From positions 278,244 to 342,243 of the forward strand of contig JAHDYR010000067.1 of the NCBI GenBank assembly GCA_019828565.1: a stretch of DNA of 64,000 nt. Reading direction: 5' to 3'. Both the position numbers and the translations under genes were made by a program. A model generated the notes under the pieces. It saw only the letters and a list, made by a program, of their open reading frames with translations, was not told where the DNA came from and ran no database searches. This DNA comes from Carpediemonas membranifera BICM. Its lineage: Eukaryota; Protista; Fornicata. Below are positions 20,801 through 29,021 of the stretch, in pieces (the stretch's first letter is position 1; each line of letters opens with the position of its first letter).

Positions 20801-23800
20801 CACCTGGATCCGCTCGGCCTTCTCCGACATGACACGGTTCGGCCGGCTTTTAGCGGCTTCCGATGGTTTCTTAGCAGCGGGCGCCCCCGCCGTCTTCCAC
20901 GGTCCGGCCGGGTCGGTCGAGGTCATGGCTTTCGACAACAGCTCAAGGCGATATACGGATGTCCACTATGTAAGAGAAGAAAGCGACATTGGCAGCGGCC
21001 TTGCGATGCTCCCCAATACCCTCTTCAGGTCCAGAGAAGCCGGTGGTAACATTATGGCTCGAACCCGCGCCTGTGATGGAGGGTCATACGCCAAGTCATT
21101 CGCCGCGTGCGAGCCGTGTCTAGCAGGCCAATACTCTGCCACTAACGCCAGGGCCTGCATGCTCTGCCCGCCAGGGCAGGCGCCTAACGCCGACCAAGAC
21201 GGATGTGTCGCCAGCGTCACCCTGCACCAGGTCTCTCTCAGCTCCGTGGGCGCGACCGAAGATTGGGGCGCCACCACGGCGGTGTACGAGGACTACATGC
21301 TCATGCTCGGCGACTCGGGGACAAAGGCGTACATCTTCATCCGTGGCGTGTCAGAGTGGATGCAGCTTAAGGAACTAAGGGCGTATTTAGTGGCAGACGC
21401 CGCCATTGACGGAAAATGGATAGTGCTAGCCGGCGGTATCGATGGTCTGCTCATTTATCGGCTTGACCCACGCTCGGCCACGTTGCATAGCTCCTTTGGC
21501 ACTGTTGTCTTAGAGTGTTTGAAGGTCGGTCTCAAGGATAACAACATCGCTGCTCTCGACGCCGGTAACAGCAATACTGCAATCCTCGGATACGACTCGA
21601 CCGCCGACTCCTGGTCCCTTGACACCACCGCCCCTGTTTACGGAACAACCTTGGCAGTACACGCTGACTTATTCGCTGTGGGCCAAGGCACCTCAGTCAA
21701 CATAGCACCCTGGCCTGCTGAGTGTGAAGGGGGCTATGCCAGCTGCGTCACTCCCCTCACGGTCGCTGGCTCTGACGCCCTCTTGATCCTGGACAACCTG
21801 CTCTTTGCTGCATCCGTGTCGATCCAGACTGTGGAGGTCTTCATCAACACCGGCACTGTCTCAAGCCCCGCATGGACCCTCGGCCAGACTTTAACAGAGC
21901 CGGAAGGCGGTGTTGTCTCGCTCGCCGCCTCCAACGGCATCGTGTTCGCGGGCATCCCCTCGTACAACTCCGAGGACGGCGCCGTGCGTGTGATCAGACG
22001 GGGCAAGGGCGGTGTCTGGGCGATCGAGGGCCTCATCACAGGGCCCGCCAACAACGGCGCTCAGATGGGCGCCAGTGTCTCGGCCACGTCCTCTTCTCTC
22101 GTCATGGGCGCACCCGCCACCGACCCATCCAGCTCGGTGCTCAGCAGAGTCGTTGTCGCCACAATGTTCTGTCCAGCGAATGAGTTCTCCGACACGTTCT
22201 ACACGTGTTCCTCCTGCAAGCCGGGCATGGTCAGCAAGGCTGGCGCAATGCAGTGCAGCTTATGCGGCAGAGGAACGGCCCTGGCTCCGACTGGCGATGA
22301 GTGCCAGCCGCAGTTCATCGCCCAGACCATAACAGTCTCCGGTGGTGAATTCGGATCCAGCATTGCTCTCGGAGACAACCTGTTCCTCGGTGTCGACCAC
22401 ACCCAAGGCAAACTGCTCATGGCCCGCTTCGACCCTTGGGCCCAGACCTGGACTGAGTTCACCACGCTGACCGGCGCCATGACCGGCGTGACGTCTAGAC
22501 TAATAGCGGCAGACGACTTCATCGTGTTCGGGGACCCGCACCACAGCACGGACTCGGGGAGGGTAGGGGTCATCCGGAGAGAAGGATACAAGCTCGAGCA
22601 GCCCGAGTTCATTGACCCGCCGACGTCTGATCTGTTCTTTGGATGGCAGATAGCTCTCAGTGGAACCACGCTCGTTGTCAGCTCACCCGGGAGTTCTTGG
22701 ACCAACATCCTCATCTCCATTTACGACTTATCCGACGGCAGCGACATCGGCGCAGACTACTACGGCGACTCGTGCCTTAATTTTGCAGTTTATGGCCGAA
22801 TGATGGTCTGCTCATCAGACGCCGGGGCAACCACGGTCTACCCAGACTTCGCGGACAAGGACACTGCAGTCTCACTCACCCCTACGCCAGACACCGTTGC
22901 CGCCTCCATTGTGATCACGGACGACCTCATCCTCGTCGGAAGCCCGGACGACACATCTCACACTGCCAACGACGTGAGCACCGGAGCCGTGTACGTCTAC
23001 CTCAACGACGGCGACACGTACCCGCTGAAGACTGTCATTACCACGCCCAACCTCGAGACCGCGACCACCCGCTTCGGTGCTTCCATGACGATGCTCGACT
23101 CGACTACAGTCGCTGTCGGCTCCCCAGGTGACCCATACGACTCGAGCACTTTTGGACAGCTGTTCTGGTTCACCTTTGGCATCGACTCCGAGCTCCGCTG
23201 GGCCGACGAGCTCGAGTCGGTCCCTCTAGCACATAGCAGGGATGTCTTTGCTGGCATCAGCGCCCACACGTCGGGTGCTGTCATCGCTTACTCGTTGCCA
23301 GCCTTTGACAGCGTCAGCTTGTTCCACAGATCTTGCACCGCCGGGTCGTATCCCAACTCGTTTGACTCCTGTGTCGCGTGTGACCCAGGAACGGTCTCTG
23401 CCGCGAATTCTCTCTTCTGTAGTCCCTGCCCTGCAGGTTTAGCACCAAACTCTGATAACTCGGCATGCGAGGAGGTTCTCGAGGGAAAGATGCTGGATGT
23501 CGGGTCAAGGACGCTCTCGTTCTATGACGTCCACGCAGGTCTCGCCGCGTTCAAGCACCTAGACGACGACACGCTCAAGCTCTTTACGTTTGACTCCGCA
23601 ACCGGGTCCTGGACACACTCTGGGACAATCGCCCCGTCGGCCAGCCTCGACGGGAACTGGGCAGTGGCTCAGCCGATCATCACGGACGAGCACATCATCG
23701 TCGGCAGCGGTGCTACTGCCACAGGGAGCGGGGCGGCCCTTGTTTACGACCGGTGGAGTCTCGATCTGGTCGACCAGATCCTGCCGCCGGATGCCAGCGT

Positions 23801-26800
23801 TGCATCAGCCTCGTTCTCATACAACGGTGCACGGGTCGACGACAGCCACGTCATCCTGGCCGACTACAAGGAGCAGGACATGTTGGACAGCTCCCCCGCT
23901 GGTGCCATCCACCTCTACCGCCTCGTACTCGACCAGTGGACACTTATTGACTCGTTCATTCACCATTACATCGTCGGGTTCGGCCATCATGTCACTGTCC
24001 GAGGCTCCACCGTCGCTGTTGACACGTATGAGCCCAGCCCGTACACCACGTCTGGGGCCAGTCTCTATGTTTACGAGTTTACCGGTGCGACCCTCGACCT
24101 GACCAACTCTGTCGTGTTCACCGGCTACCAGGACATCGACAAGGCGATGGACATCTCGCCAGACGAGGGCGCTGTTGTTGTGGCATGCATGGACACTTCC
24201 GCGGCAAATTCCGACTCGTTCGCCGTGTTTGAATTCATCATTTCGACTGGAGAAATCTCTACAGTCGATGAAGGCAACTGTGGACTCACGAACTGCGCCA
24301 AATCGCAAGCTGTCGCACATGCAGGCGATGCCATCTACTATGGGACTCCCTACAGCGGTTCCGGTCAAATAGGCGAGGTCACCGTCTACCAGCGCGTCGC
24401 CCCCGGCTTCTGGAGTCCCGCGCACACCCTCGGCCTGCCCGGTGGTGCTGCGAGCGATGGATTCGGCGAGTCCCTTCGCATCACCCACGACGGCCTGGTC
24501 GTGGTTGGGGCCGAGGGCGCCGTACTCATCTTCTCCCGGTACGAATGCCCTGCGGGTGAAGTGGTGGCGTCCTGGCTCGAGTGTGGCCCCGTGCCCAGCG
24601 GCAGCATCGCCTATTCCAACAGCCACACCAGGTGCCTCAACGGGTCCTACGCCGACAATTCAACAACATGCGTGCCCTGCGACGCCGGCACGTACCAGCC
24701 CGACAAGGGCGCCACTGAGTGTCTGTCTGCCGACGCCGGCTTCTTTGTCCCAGATGACGGCTATGCCCACGCCGCCCCCATCGAGTGCCCCGTGGCTACC
24801 AGCCAGACTGCGGCCGAGTCGACCTCGTGCACCAGATCATACGGCATCCAGACCCTCAACCTCGGCGTCAGCTCGTATACCCCAGCCGTAGCCCTCGACG
24901 ACGACCTCCTCCTCGTCGGTCTGCCCGAGACGAACCAGCTCAGCCTCTACACCGCCGTACTCTCGGTGTGGACCCACAACGCCACAGTCACCCCGCCATC
25001 GGCCGCCACGGACTTCGGGCACGCCATGGTGCTGAGGGACGACTGGCTCGCAGTCGGCGCCCCCAGCCTGACCGACGCCGGGGCCGGGGCCGTGTTCGTG
25101 TACACCCGCGACGGCCACACCTTCCCCTTCCACTCAACGCTGACTGCCACCAGCACTGCCGAGTTTGGCAAGTCCCTCGACCTGCAGTACCCCCTCCTCG
25201 CAGCCCTCGCGTGGGACGACTCCGCTGGCACGTCTGTAGTAGAGTTCTTCTTGTATGACGAGACCAATGAAGAGTGGATCGACCAGGAGAACCCGACAGC
25301 GATCGATGGGGTCGCCTTAAGCGTGGGAATCATGAGCCTCGCCCCCTCAATCAGGTTCGCCGTGGGCCTGGCCGACGAGAGCCGCGTCTGCGCGTTCTCC
25401 ACGCCATGTACCGGAGCCAGCTCCGTGCAGTTCAGCAGGATAGTATCTGCCACGTCTGCACCAACCGTGGCGTTCGGTGATGGCGCGCTTGACACTGGAT
25501 TTGCCGGGCACAGGACTGCTGCTGGCTCCTTTGGGATGTGGGCATCAGACACGGACACTCTCTTCTGGCCCGACTTCGACCCGATCGAGGACCAGGGTCT
25601 TGGCCGGGCAGTCGCTGTCCATGGTTCGACCGTGGCCGCCACAGACGCGTTCGGCGCCGTCCATCTCTTCAGCAGGGCTTCCGGCTCTGCCACGACCACT
25701 GTACACATTTATCTCACGGACGACGGCTTTGACCCAGACCCTGGCTTCGGCCACGGGCTTGCCGTCGACCCCATGTCTATGGCGGTCGTATCCCTCGTCG
25801 ACGGGGCTTACGAGCTGAGCATGATCGGCATGACCTGCGATGCCGGTAACTTCGCCGACTCCTGGCACTCGTGCGCCCCCTGCCCCGCTGGGTCGTATTC
25901 GCCTGCCCCCGGCTACTGGGAGTGCGTCGACGCCCCCCCAGGCTCAGTCGTCCCTTCAGACGGCCGATCCACCCCAGAAGTCTGCGACGGCGGCCATTTC
26001 GCCGACTCCCCCGGCGCTGACATCTGCCAGACCTGCGACACAGGGTCGACCAACGACGCCGACGGCCACGGCCACTCAACCTGCCTCTCTGAGGTCGAGG
26101 ACTCGACGACGTCCGTGGAGGTCTCCGGTCGGAGCGACATTGACGCCATCACGGTTGACGGAGTCGCCGCCACGATTATCTCAACTAGTCCAGTGGAAAT
26201 CATCCCCATCGTGGGGAGCAGCGACGGCGCCATCCACCCAGGCGACTACGAGCTTGAGGTTGAATTCTCCGACTCGACTATTGAGTCGACGACCCTGACC
26301 ATTCCGGCAGATGTCGAAACTCCGGGCACGACTCTGACGCTTTCCGGCACAACTTTGACCGCCGCTATGGAGTCAAGGATTTGCCCCAGCAACCTCCCCT
26401 TCGCTGCGATGGGAGTTCGGCCACTAACGGGCATGCTGACCGCTGGCACTGTCACGTGTGTGTCAGATGAGACGGTCAGCGGGTCTAACCTTGCTGATTC
26501 GTTCTCGCCGTCCATCTCCAAGCGGGCCGAGGGCGAGTACTGCCTCACGATGACTGATGTCACGCTCACTGGCACCACCGCGTTCACTATCCTCATCGAC
26601 AACGAGGAGCAGACCATTGTGCTGTCAGATAACGCCATTTGCTCTACCGCTGCCTCTGCTTCCACCACCGTCTCGACACAGGCGTACCTCAGCGCCGACA
26701 CGCGAACCATCGTTGCCACGTTCGACGGCACCGAGATCGCGTCCGACTCCGAGACTTACAACGAGGTCAGCGTGCTCTATGCGGTCATCCCGTCGTTCGC

Positions 26801-27305
26801 GGTTGCCTCCCTTCTCTTGCTCGGCTGCCTCTGCTGCACCTGCATCCTCGGTGTGGCCGGCTCTGCCATTGTCGTCGAGGTCGTCATGCTGTTTAGGACC
26901 AAGTCCAAGGGCAGTGACGACGAGGACCTCAAGCCCCAGCCCATCGTCGGGTCGACCCCGACTGTGTTGCCCCCCATGGACCTGCCGCCCTTGCCCAGGC
27001 AGGTGAGCATTCCGACACAGCCTGGTCGGCCTTCCCTGAGCGGCGTTGGAGGCATCAACGTCCCCGCTGGCTTGAGACCGACCCTCCCCCCCATCCGCCA
27101 GCCCCTTGGCCAGTCGCCCACAGCTAGCCCGATGAAGCAGCCCATTTCTCCTCCTGCCGGGACACCCCCTGCCTCTCGCCTGCCTCCTGCCCTGGGACGG
27201 TCTGGGTTGCCCCCCATGGTGGGCATGCCGCGACCTGGTGCTAAGCTTGTGCTATCGCCACTGCAGATGCCAGGTGTCGGAGTCAGCCCGTCCAAGAAGG
27301 ACTAG
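11874..27305 (+). CDS. Giant (5143 aa) type I surface protein: signal peptide, 12 FG-GAP-like beta-propeller + Cys-rich modules, stalk, TM, Pro-rich tail
   Basis: Uninterrupted 15.4-kb ORF; recurrent FG.S(L/V)A...VGAP...G.V.VY blades; recurrent CxxCPxGxYS linkers; hydrophobic segment near the C-terminus containing CLCCTC. Confidence 0.92.
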   Translation: MKTAARIQRLHWMLLLIISMVSLSCSLASIDVDQNTLIKLFELGIAGSGLESGLWIHIDTLFLGAPGDSATGAVLYQSLPSSSVSSLAVPPDCTDKFGGNIVGTDSFLFVTCSSHSTDDIVVIFDLSDLNTIVQTDAFTVPLGMASQMKISPDRSKLLLASTTSASAILFDIAGSTLTLHGLPFALDGTPTHIAMANTHAYFSWELGATGYVDAYTLEGRRDARLAPLFPAASPGPAVVTSMDACMYTVILGLTDGTEYTVRTLTTTLEYTTDEVPTSTEEWAITALTPTCSLSAVARLDGTSTECVLSSLAMSHTATPLPLVSYEQEDHTCMGRVVALTDSWLALYDPVNAVAMPVRLCPFGSILASPGYYTAGSTSCDLCPSLVSSISDINDCSVSAQARDTNPVFTGVTGSVPLVVSGNTYARADPSYSGSSGAIYISSVDSIIAGATSPSALVGTNSFGRSLSVSDHYAAIGTTDGEFIRVYDTRVSLTDHLFDILPHGTPTSFAMSEVAIHPTKFIVAATAMDPTGVVQVFFGSSWVDTLVPASPSSGFGHTMRFTESFLIACDFESTVNLARVYRLTGFDSPDGSSASVSLYYSFQSSASGETLINAGGTDDYLLLITRTGALEPRVTVFDVASTSEINNHVFAFGDEPFFDCDVGSGRCAMAMDSNVAVFDLTVQPSSTPGDPFYQTYDLSSAMGGASVRQFAINSNAMFLAGDDAAMEVRVDFTACQKDRNTPYGPVAAFYSPAFMSCAPCPLGTYSPGFEVKCRPIPYGGSPDGTRSSVTMQLSVTTADVGFVPHCISAKNHALAAASSMGTVAVFDVDFAGLHGHGPFLTKPSSVGASSFGTAVAVTESGHVIVGSASATALAHGISIFELTHDSAVYVRSFFKYISSCEYGRIIESHGDYVAVGAPGSACEAVDVYNTAAWTKASVTAADLAPDVVADFPSHIAIDNDYVYAACDDESDNGIVYVLSGFDEPGAILSKVDVIEPNPGLPSGLPVLRLIADALTETLFVQWEAPVDVNYGIYRRGGAPGEDVMHLALGDAISGPPLSVSYFNGELHWIDAAGETFTSSSDLLDARKRSSLSNTDADTEFNGEFTYIDGLPIFHSASDAHKLGVLLPIFSDAPPGEEMLGPGYFRPCPDGYYSPGHQALCTKCPPHYASNTGHTACVPEYTVSTVDPGVAVTAISTYKDAMAAVSYTEGCGTDTGSVFLHEYDGTAWALTETLTPPASGCVGLAVAINDDWLAVSSEFDDGLVLVYSRSTLDLTASVTPADAGTGFGWSLALAGDSLLVGAPTSSTNGQPGAGVVFVFEHDSSGWPTGPDHTLTASVPLRSERFGASIDVKVMPDGSFAVAVGTAPSSNPGSVFMFDTPSWSVSQAAIGTDPSFSHEVAVISHDELFTAGSDEVIRIHFHDFIYDAYIIDSAVTAAYGDALGAFGDQVVSSATSYFLYGHDTGAFTVSGYEPTPSSMGDAGFLFPPSERLVDSMGFGQPASTMGSGVMFATDAQSTAITCIHPTCTAGQHADTWYSCADCPPYTVGDGQTCANYTAPTYATAGMYVYGIAVSDEMIVLASPVSQTGFGASVYTWNENWTSKVYHLNDPDLRIGFGVALNDDWLVLAAYDTVAAKGCTVVYSRTGSAFTDQTTIDTSTSSTPPLVALSGNDVLRVDPTFTSTSCETVVISYTTGSGWARAFTPVSWPGTPTNMTMTSQHYAIGFPDDGLVITDYNDGSWGSTSSIDAGVDRFGQSLALDGDMLMVGAPDAFYGAGAMYSYKFDGSAWNLRATITPNDPVMDGAFPSSIAIHNGHVAIGWEGCAIGDNIGCILLFDRVSQGADADSWAQTAAFSHPSTPGVGAFVAIGEKTLISIGSWMSAFDRPTLTLNALCDRGYFADTWYSCAACQDGYYATAHSLRCSLCPVGMQSSADQGGCTQVAELSSVVAGTANDDSFGHALSAVSDLVAVSTSVGHAFVYRHLARLSSPYMQLEADLAHGEDTLFGGVVAISLTWLAVSGTDMIVVYPMGSDFTEFIELPIDFAVNRMLVDDELIVASSNDNRVLTFQYDGTTWSGTSLSGPAWSNFGASIALTSAYLFIGSPGTDTVSVYDRADLSGSPVAVHTAATTSVGFGSTLAAVDVGSDTRVAVGCPQQAVGADIGAVQIFSFVSAAFVLEAVVYKPDASIPASMLLDETALLASDPLAAVGGESSAGAFFSFQYNGLDDQWQSSVAFTAITPTANEQVGQAIAAGDACLFYSSTPTGSPGNVYVTCAVCPAGQKPVSWRLCEPCPAGMYSEAGLPGCRACPAGYTINTDQTGCDAPYTAESHNAPPPIVAGELGTVVRIQGDQFFALYGTKTMTPNVERYTYSSATKAWEDAGMVLSSSALPTPAAHTASFDVSEHWLAVGSPSEAKIYVYSRADASFDQLDALEPPGLASQPTSFGSAIAMTDIVIVSGTPDTLTGQVDVFSFNGAHWEPQFVFTSSLAAAGDLFGTSVAISPDTSFIVASDTLNGKVYVLNYTAELTSIVTESQTIAGSESFGMSLAATETTIVVGSPTATVLGVTGAGSATVLTLVDGEWTPLTTLTAPYPEAEGFGSSVAIDEEDTIVVGAPDFDSGVGRVHIFAYDGSDWAYEYHLDSPDSATASFGASVASNTQFLAVGAPALSTDTGGLSIITQPCPAYDTMYMASWHNGCESCIGPYVSSSPASEGTYCPLPRATKSYAAVTGSNKEYGYAIAVTDELVVISTRFASTADGENVVEVKTVFDTTSSSIPNVRIAEFTQASIDYGKALAITDDRLAIGAFSSVEVYRRVGSIYIAYDPLALTPAESSFGDALAMWGDYLVVGVPSAAVGSITGAGLVVVYKFVSDTIVQVATIDMAGVSGRGADALGTSLLEHGGTLFIGAPGANTVFAVDESDWSTITQVITATLPTATVSFGSFMAYDDVYDLILISDPDADMFGTAQGAVVAFESINGVWTQLTWIRSAFSDMTRFGRLLAASDGFLAAGAPAVFHGPAGSVEVMAFDNSSRRYTDVHYVREESDIGSGLAMLPNTLFRSREAGGNIMARTRACDGGSYAKSFAACEPCLAGQYSATNARACMLCPPGQAPNADQDGCVASVTLHQVSLSSVGATEDWGATTAVYEDYMLMLGDSGTKAYIFIRGVSEWMQLKELRAYLVADAAIDGKWIVLAGGIDGLLIYRLDPRSATLHSSFGTVVLECLKVGLKDNNIAALDAGNSNTAILGYDSTADSWSLDTTAPVYGTTLAVHADLFAVGQGTSVNIAPWPAECEGGYASCVTPLTVAGSDALLILDNLLFAASVSIQTVEVFINTGTVSSPAWTLGQTLTEPEGGVVSLAASNGIVFAGIPSYNSEDGAVRVIRRGKGGVWAIEGLITGPANNGAQMGASVSATSSSLVMGAPATDPSSSVLSRVVVATMFCPANEFSDTFYTCSSCKPGMVSKAGAMQCSLCGRGTALAPTGDECQPQFIAQTITVSGGEFGSSIALGDNLFLGVDHTQGKLLMARFDPWAQTWTEFTTLTGAMTGVTSRLIAADDFIVFGDPHHSTDSGRVGVIRREGYKLEQPEFIDPPTSDLFFGWQIALSGTTLVVSSPGSSWTNILISIYDLSDGSDIGADYYGDSCLNFAVYGRMMVCSSDAGATTVYPDFADKDTAVSLTPTPDTVAASIVITDDLILVGSPDDTSHTANDVSTGAVYVYLNDGDTYPLKTVITTPNLETATTRFGASMTMLDSTTVAVGSPGDPYDSSTFGQLFWFTFGIDSELRWADELESVPLAHSRDVFAGISAHTSGAVIAYSLPAFDSVSLFHRSCTAGSYPNSFDSCVACDPGTVSAANSLFCSPCPAGLAPNSDNSACEEVLEGKMLDVGSRTLSFYDVHAGLAAFKHLDDDTLKLFTFDSATGSWTHSGTIAPSASLDGNWAVAQPIITDEHIIVGSGATATGSGAALVYDRWSLDLVDQILPPDASVASASFSYNGARVDDSHVILADYKEQDMLDSSPAGAIHLYRLVLDQWTLIDSFIHHYIVGFGHHVTVRGSTVAVDTYEPSPYTTSGASLYVYEFTGATLDLTNSVVFTGYQDIDKAMDISPDEGAVVVACMDTSAANSDSFAVFEFIISTGEISTVDEGNCGLTNCAKSQAVAHAGDAIYYGTPYSGSGQIGEVTVYQRVAPGFWSPAHTLGLPGGAASDGFGESLRITHDGLVVVGAEGAVLIFSRYECPAGEVVASWLECGPVPSGSIAYSNSHTRCLNGSYADNSTTCVPCDAGTYQPDKGATECLSADAGFFVPDDGYAHAAPIECPVATSQTAAESTSCTRSYGIQTLNLGVSSYTPAVALDDDLLLVGLPETNQLSLYTAVLSVWTHNATVTPPSAATDFGHAMVLRDDWLAVGAPSLTDAGAGAVFVYTRDGHTFPFHSTLTATSTAEFGKSLDLQYPLLAALAWDDSAGTSVVEFFLYDETNEEWIDQENPTAIDGVALSVGIMSLAPSIRFAVGLADESRVCAFSTPCTGASSVQFSRIVSATSAPTVAFGDGALDTGFAGHRTAAGSFGMWASDTDTLFWPDFDPIEDQGLGRAVAVHGSTVAATDAFGAVHLFSRASGSATTTVHIYLTDDGFDPDPGFGHGLAVDPMSMAVVSLVDGAYELSMIGMTCDAGNFADSWHSCAPCPAGSYSPAPGYWECVDAPPGSVVPSDGRSTPEVCDGGHFADSPGADICQTCDTGSTNDADGHGHSTCLSEVEDSTTSVEVSGRSDIDAITVDGVAATIISTSPVEIIPIVGSSDGAIHPGDYELEVEFSDSTIESTTLTIPADVETPGTTLTLSGTTLTAAMESRICPSNLPFAAMGVRPLTGMLTAGTVTCVSDETVSGSNLADSFSPSISKRAEGEYCLTMTDVTLTGTTAFTILIDNEEQTIVLSDNAICSTAASASTTVSTQAYLSADTRTIVATFDGTEIASDSETYNEVSVLYAVIPSFAVASLLLLGCLCCTCILGVAGSAIVVEVVMLFRTKSKGSDDEDLKPQPIVGSTPTVLPPMDLPPLPRQVSIPTQPGRPSLSGVGGINVPAGLRPTLPPIRQPLGQSPTASPMKQPISPPAGTPPASRLPPALGRSGLPPMVGMPRPGAKLVLSPLQMPGVGVSPSKKD

Positions 27306-27966
27306 ATTTGAGACGTTATAAACTTTAGACCAGTTGGATCTGTACCTGGGTCGGGTTGGGCAGTCCACGTGTGTTCAAATCGGTACCGTCTTGAGTGCTT
27401 TCCCATTGATGTTTGACTGTGAACGGCCGCTTTCTTGAATGCTCATCCACCCGAAGCTGAACGCTGGATTGCACACCAGGGTGTCAATCCTTTCGAGAGA
27501 CTTCGGCGAAGCATGACTCTGGCGGGATCTTGGAATGGATCGCGCCCCACACGGCCACAGCAGTACCATCGTTTGTGCGGCTTCCTGTGTTGTACAAAGG
27601 TCGACAGCTTAAAAATAAATATTGGGCCGCGGAGGCAGCCTTGTCGCTTCCGTCAACTACACCGCTCAAACCTCCATCGGTCTCGACAAAATAGTTGGCC
27701 AGCAAAGATTATCCCGATGAAGAGACGACCCAAACCGCAGTTACCCATATGAAAACCTTTAAGTCGAGTCGTGTGTGATGTAAGCATGCCACGCTGGGCT
27801 CGTCAAGCTCATAAAGCTGTGGGCGCAGACCGGTACATCTCATCGATACCTAACGAGAGGCATAGTGGCTGCCAGTCGAGGCGTCTGTGGTACGACTGCT
27901 TCGCGGAAGGCCGATTGCACCCGAGCAAGGGACACGTATTTTACAAAGTCCATTCCAACCTGCCGC

Positions 27967-28989
27967 ATGCCGCTCGATCCTCACGTTACAGAGCAACTTA
28001 TCAACCGCTTTAGCTACAGTGGCCTTCGTGTCGTCATTGGTTACGGCTCGCAGGTGATTAAGCAAGCATCCGAGCTGAAATCGTCTCTCGTCGATGTTCT
28101 CGTCGTTGTCGACGACGCTCAGCTTGCCAACTGGCATACGCAGAACATGCAGATGCATGGATCCGATTACTCTTTCCTTTGCCGCGTTCTCCCCCGCAAC
28201 TGGCTCATTAAGGTACAGAACGCCGCTGGCGGTGTCCTCTTCAACCCCGACGTCGCTCTGACCGAGGGATCAGAGACGCACATCAAGTACGGCGTCATCT
28301 CGTGGAACACGCTCCTCTCCGACCTCGCCGGCTGGTCCAAGGGTATGTACCTTGCCGGCCGTCTCCAGAAGCCCGTCGACCTCCTCTACGTCGAGGACTC
28401 GGTCAAGGACGAGCTCGACCATGCCATCAGGGCCAACAGACGTGCTGCCGCTTGCACTTCCCTCCTTAAGCGGGACTCGCTCCTCACGGACCGGGAGCTG
28501 CTCACGGACATCATGGGCCTCAGCTACCTCGGAGATCCCCGAATGAAGTTCGCCGAGAACCCCATGAAGGTAACCAACATTGTCACCGCACAGATTGAGT
28601 ATCTCAGACAGATTTACCACCCGATTTTGAAGAAGGATCTCGGCCTCACCGTTTTGGCAGCCGGTGAAGATTTTGAGATCGACCAGAGCAGTGCCTCTGG
28701 TACTATGCTGGCCAAGCAGTGCCCCCACCTCACCTCCCGTCTTGTGAAGGGCTCGACCGTCACGGTCGGGTCGACCATTGTCAGAGACGGGTCGGCGTTC
28801 GGGGACGTGACACAGCGCCAGGCGGTCATTGATGCGGCGATCTCGAACATCGTAGGGCCAGTGGCTGGGCGTCAGACCCTTAAGGGGGGCATTACCTCCC
28901 CTATTCTGAGGATGATCCCGTATATTTGGGCGAAGATCAAGAAGAGCCGCGAGGGCCGGCGTGAGGCGGGCAGGGTGAAGCTGAACTAA
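27967..28989 (+). CDS. TAM41: Mitochondrial-type phosphatidate cytidylyltransferase Tam41/Mmp37
   Basis: GYGSQVIKQ, VDVLVVVDD, WHTQNM...DYS, GVLFNP, IKYGVIS, MYLAGRLQKPV, LSYLGDPRM..AENPMKVTNIV, QTLKG. Confidence 0.93.
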   Translation: MPLDPHVTEQLINRFSYSGLRVVIGYGSQVIKQASELKSSLVDVLVVVDDAQLANWHTQNMQMHGSDYSFLCRVLPRNWLIKVQNAAGGVLFNPDVALTEGSETHIKYGVISWNTLLSDLAGWSKGMYLAGRLQKPVDLLYVEDSVKDELDHAIRANRRAAACTSLLKRDSLLTDRELLTDIMGLSYLGDPRMKFAENPMKVTNIVTAQIEYLRQIYHPILKKDLGLTVLAAGEDFEIDQSSASGTMLAKQCPHLTSRLVKGSTVTVGSTIVRDGSAFGDVTQRQAVIDAAISNIVGPVAGRQTLKGGITSPILRMIPYIWAKIKKSREGRREAGRVKLN

Positions 28990-29021
28990 ATGTTTAAATG
29001 TTTAACGCCAGCCGTAGTACT

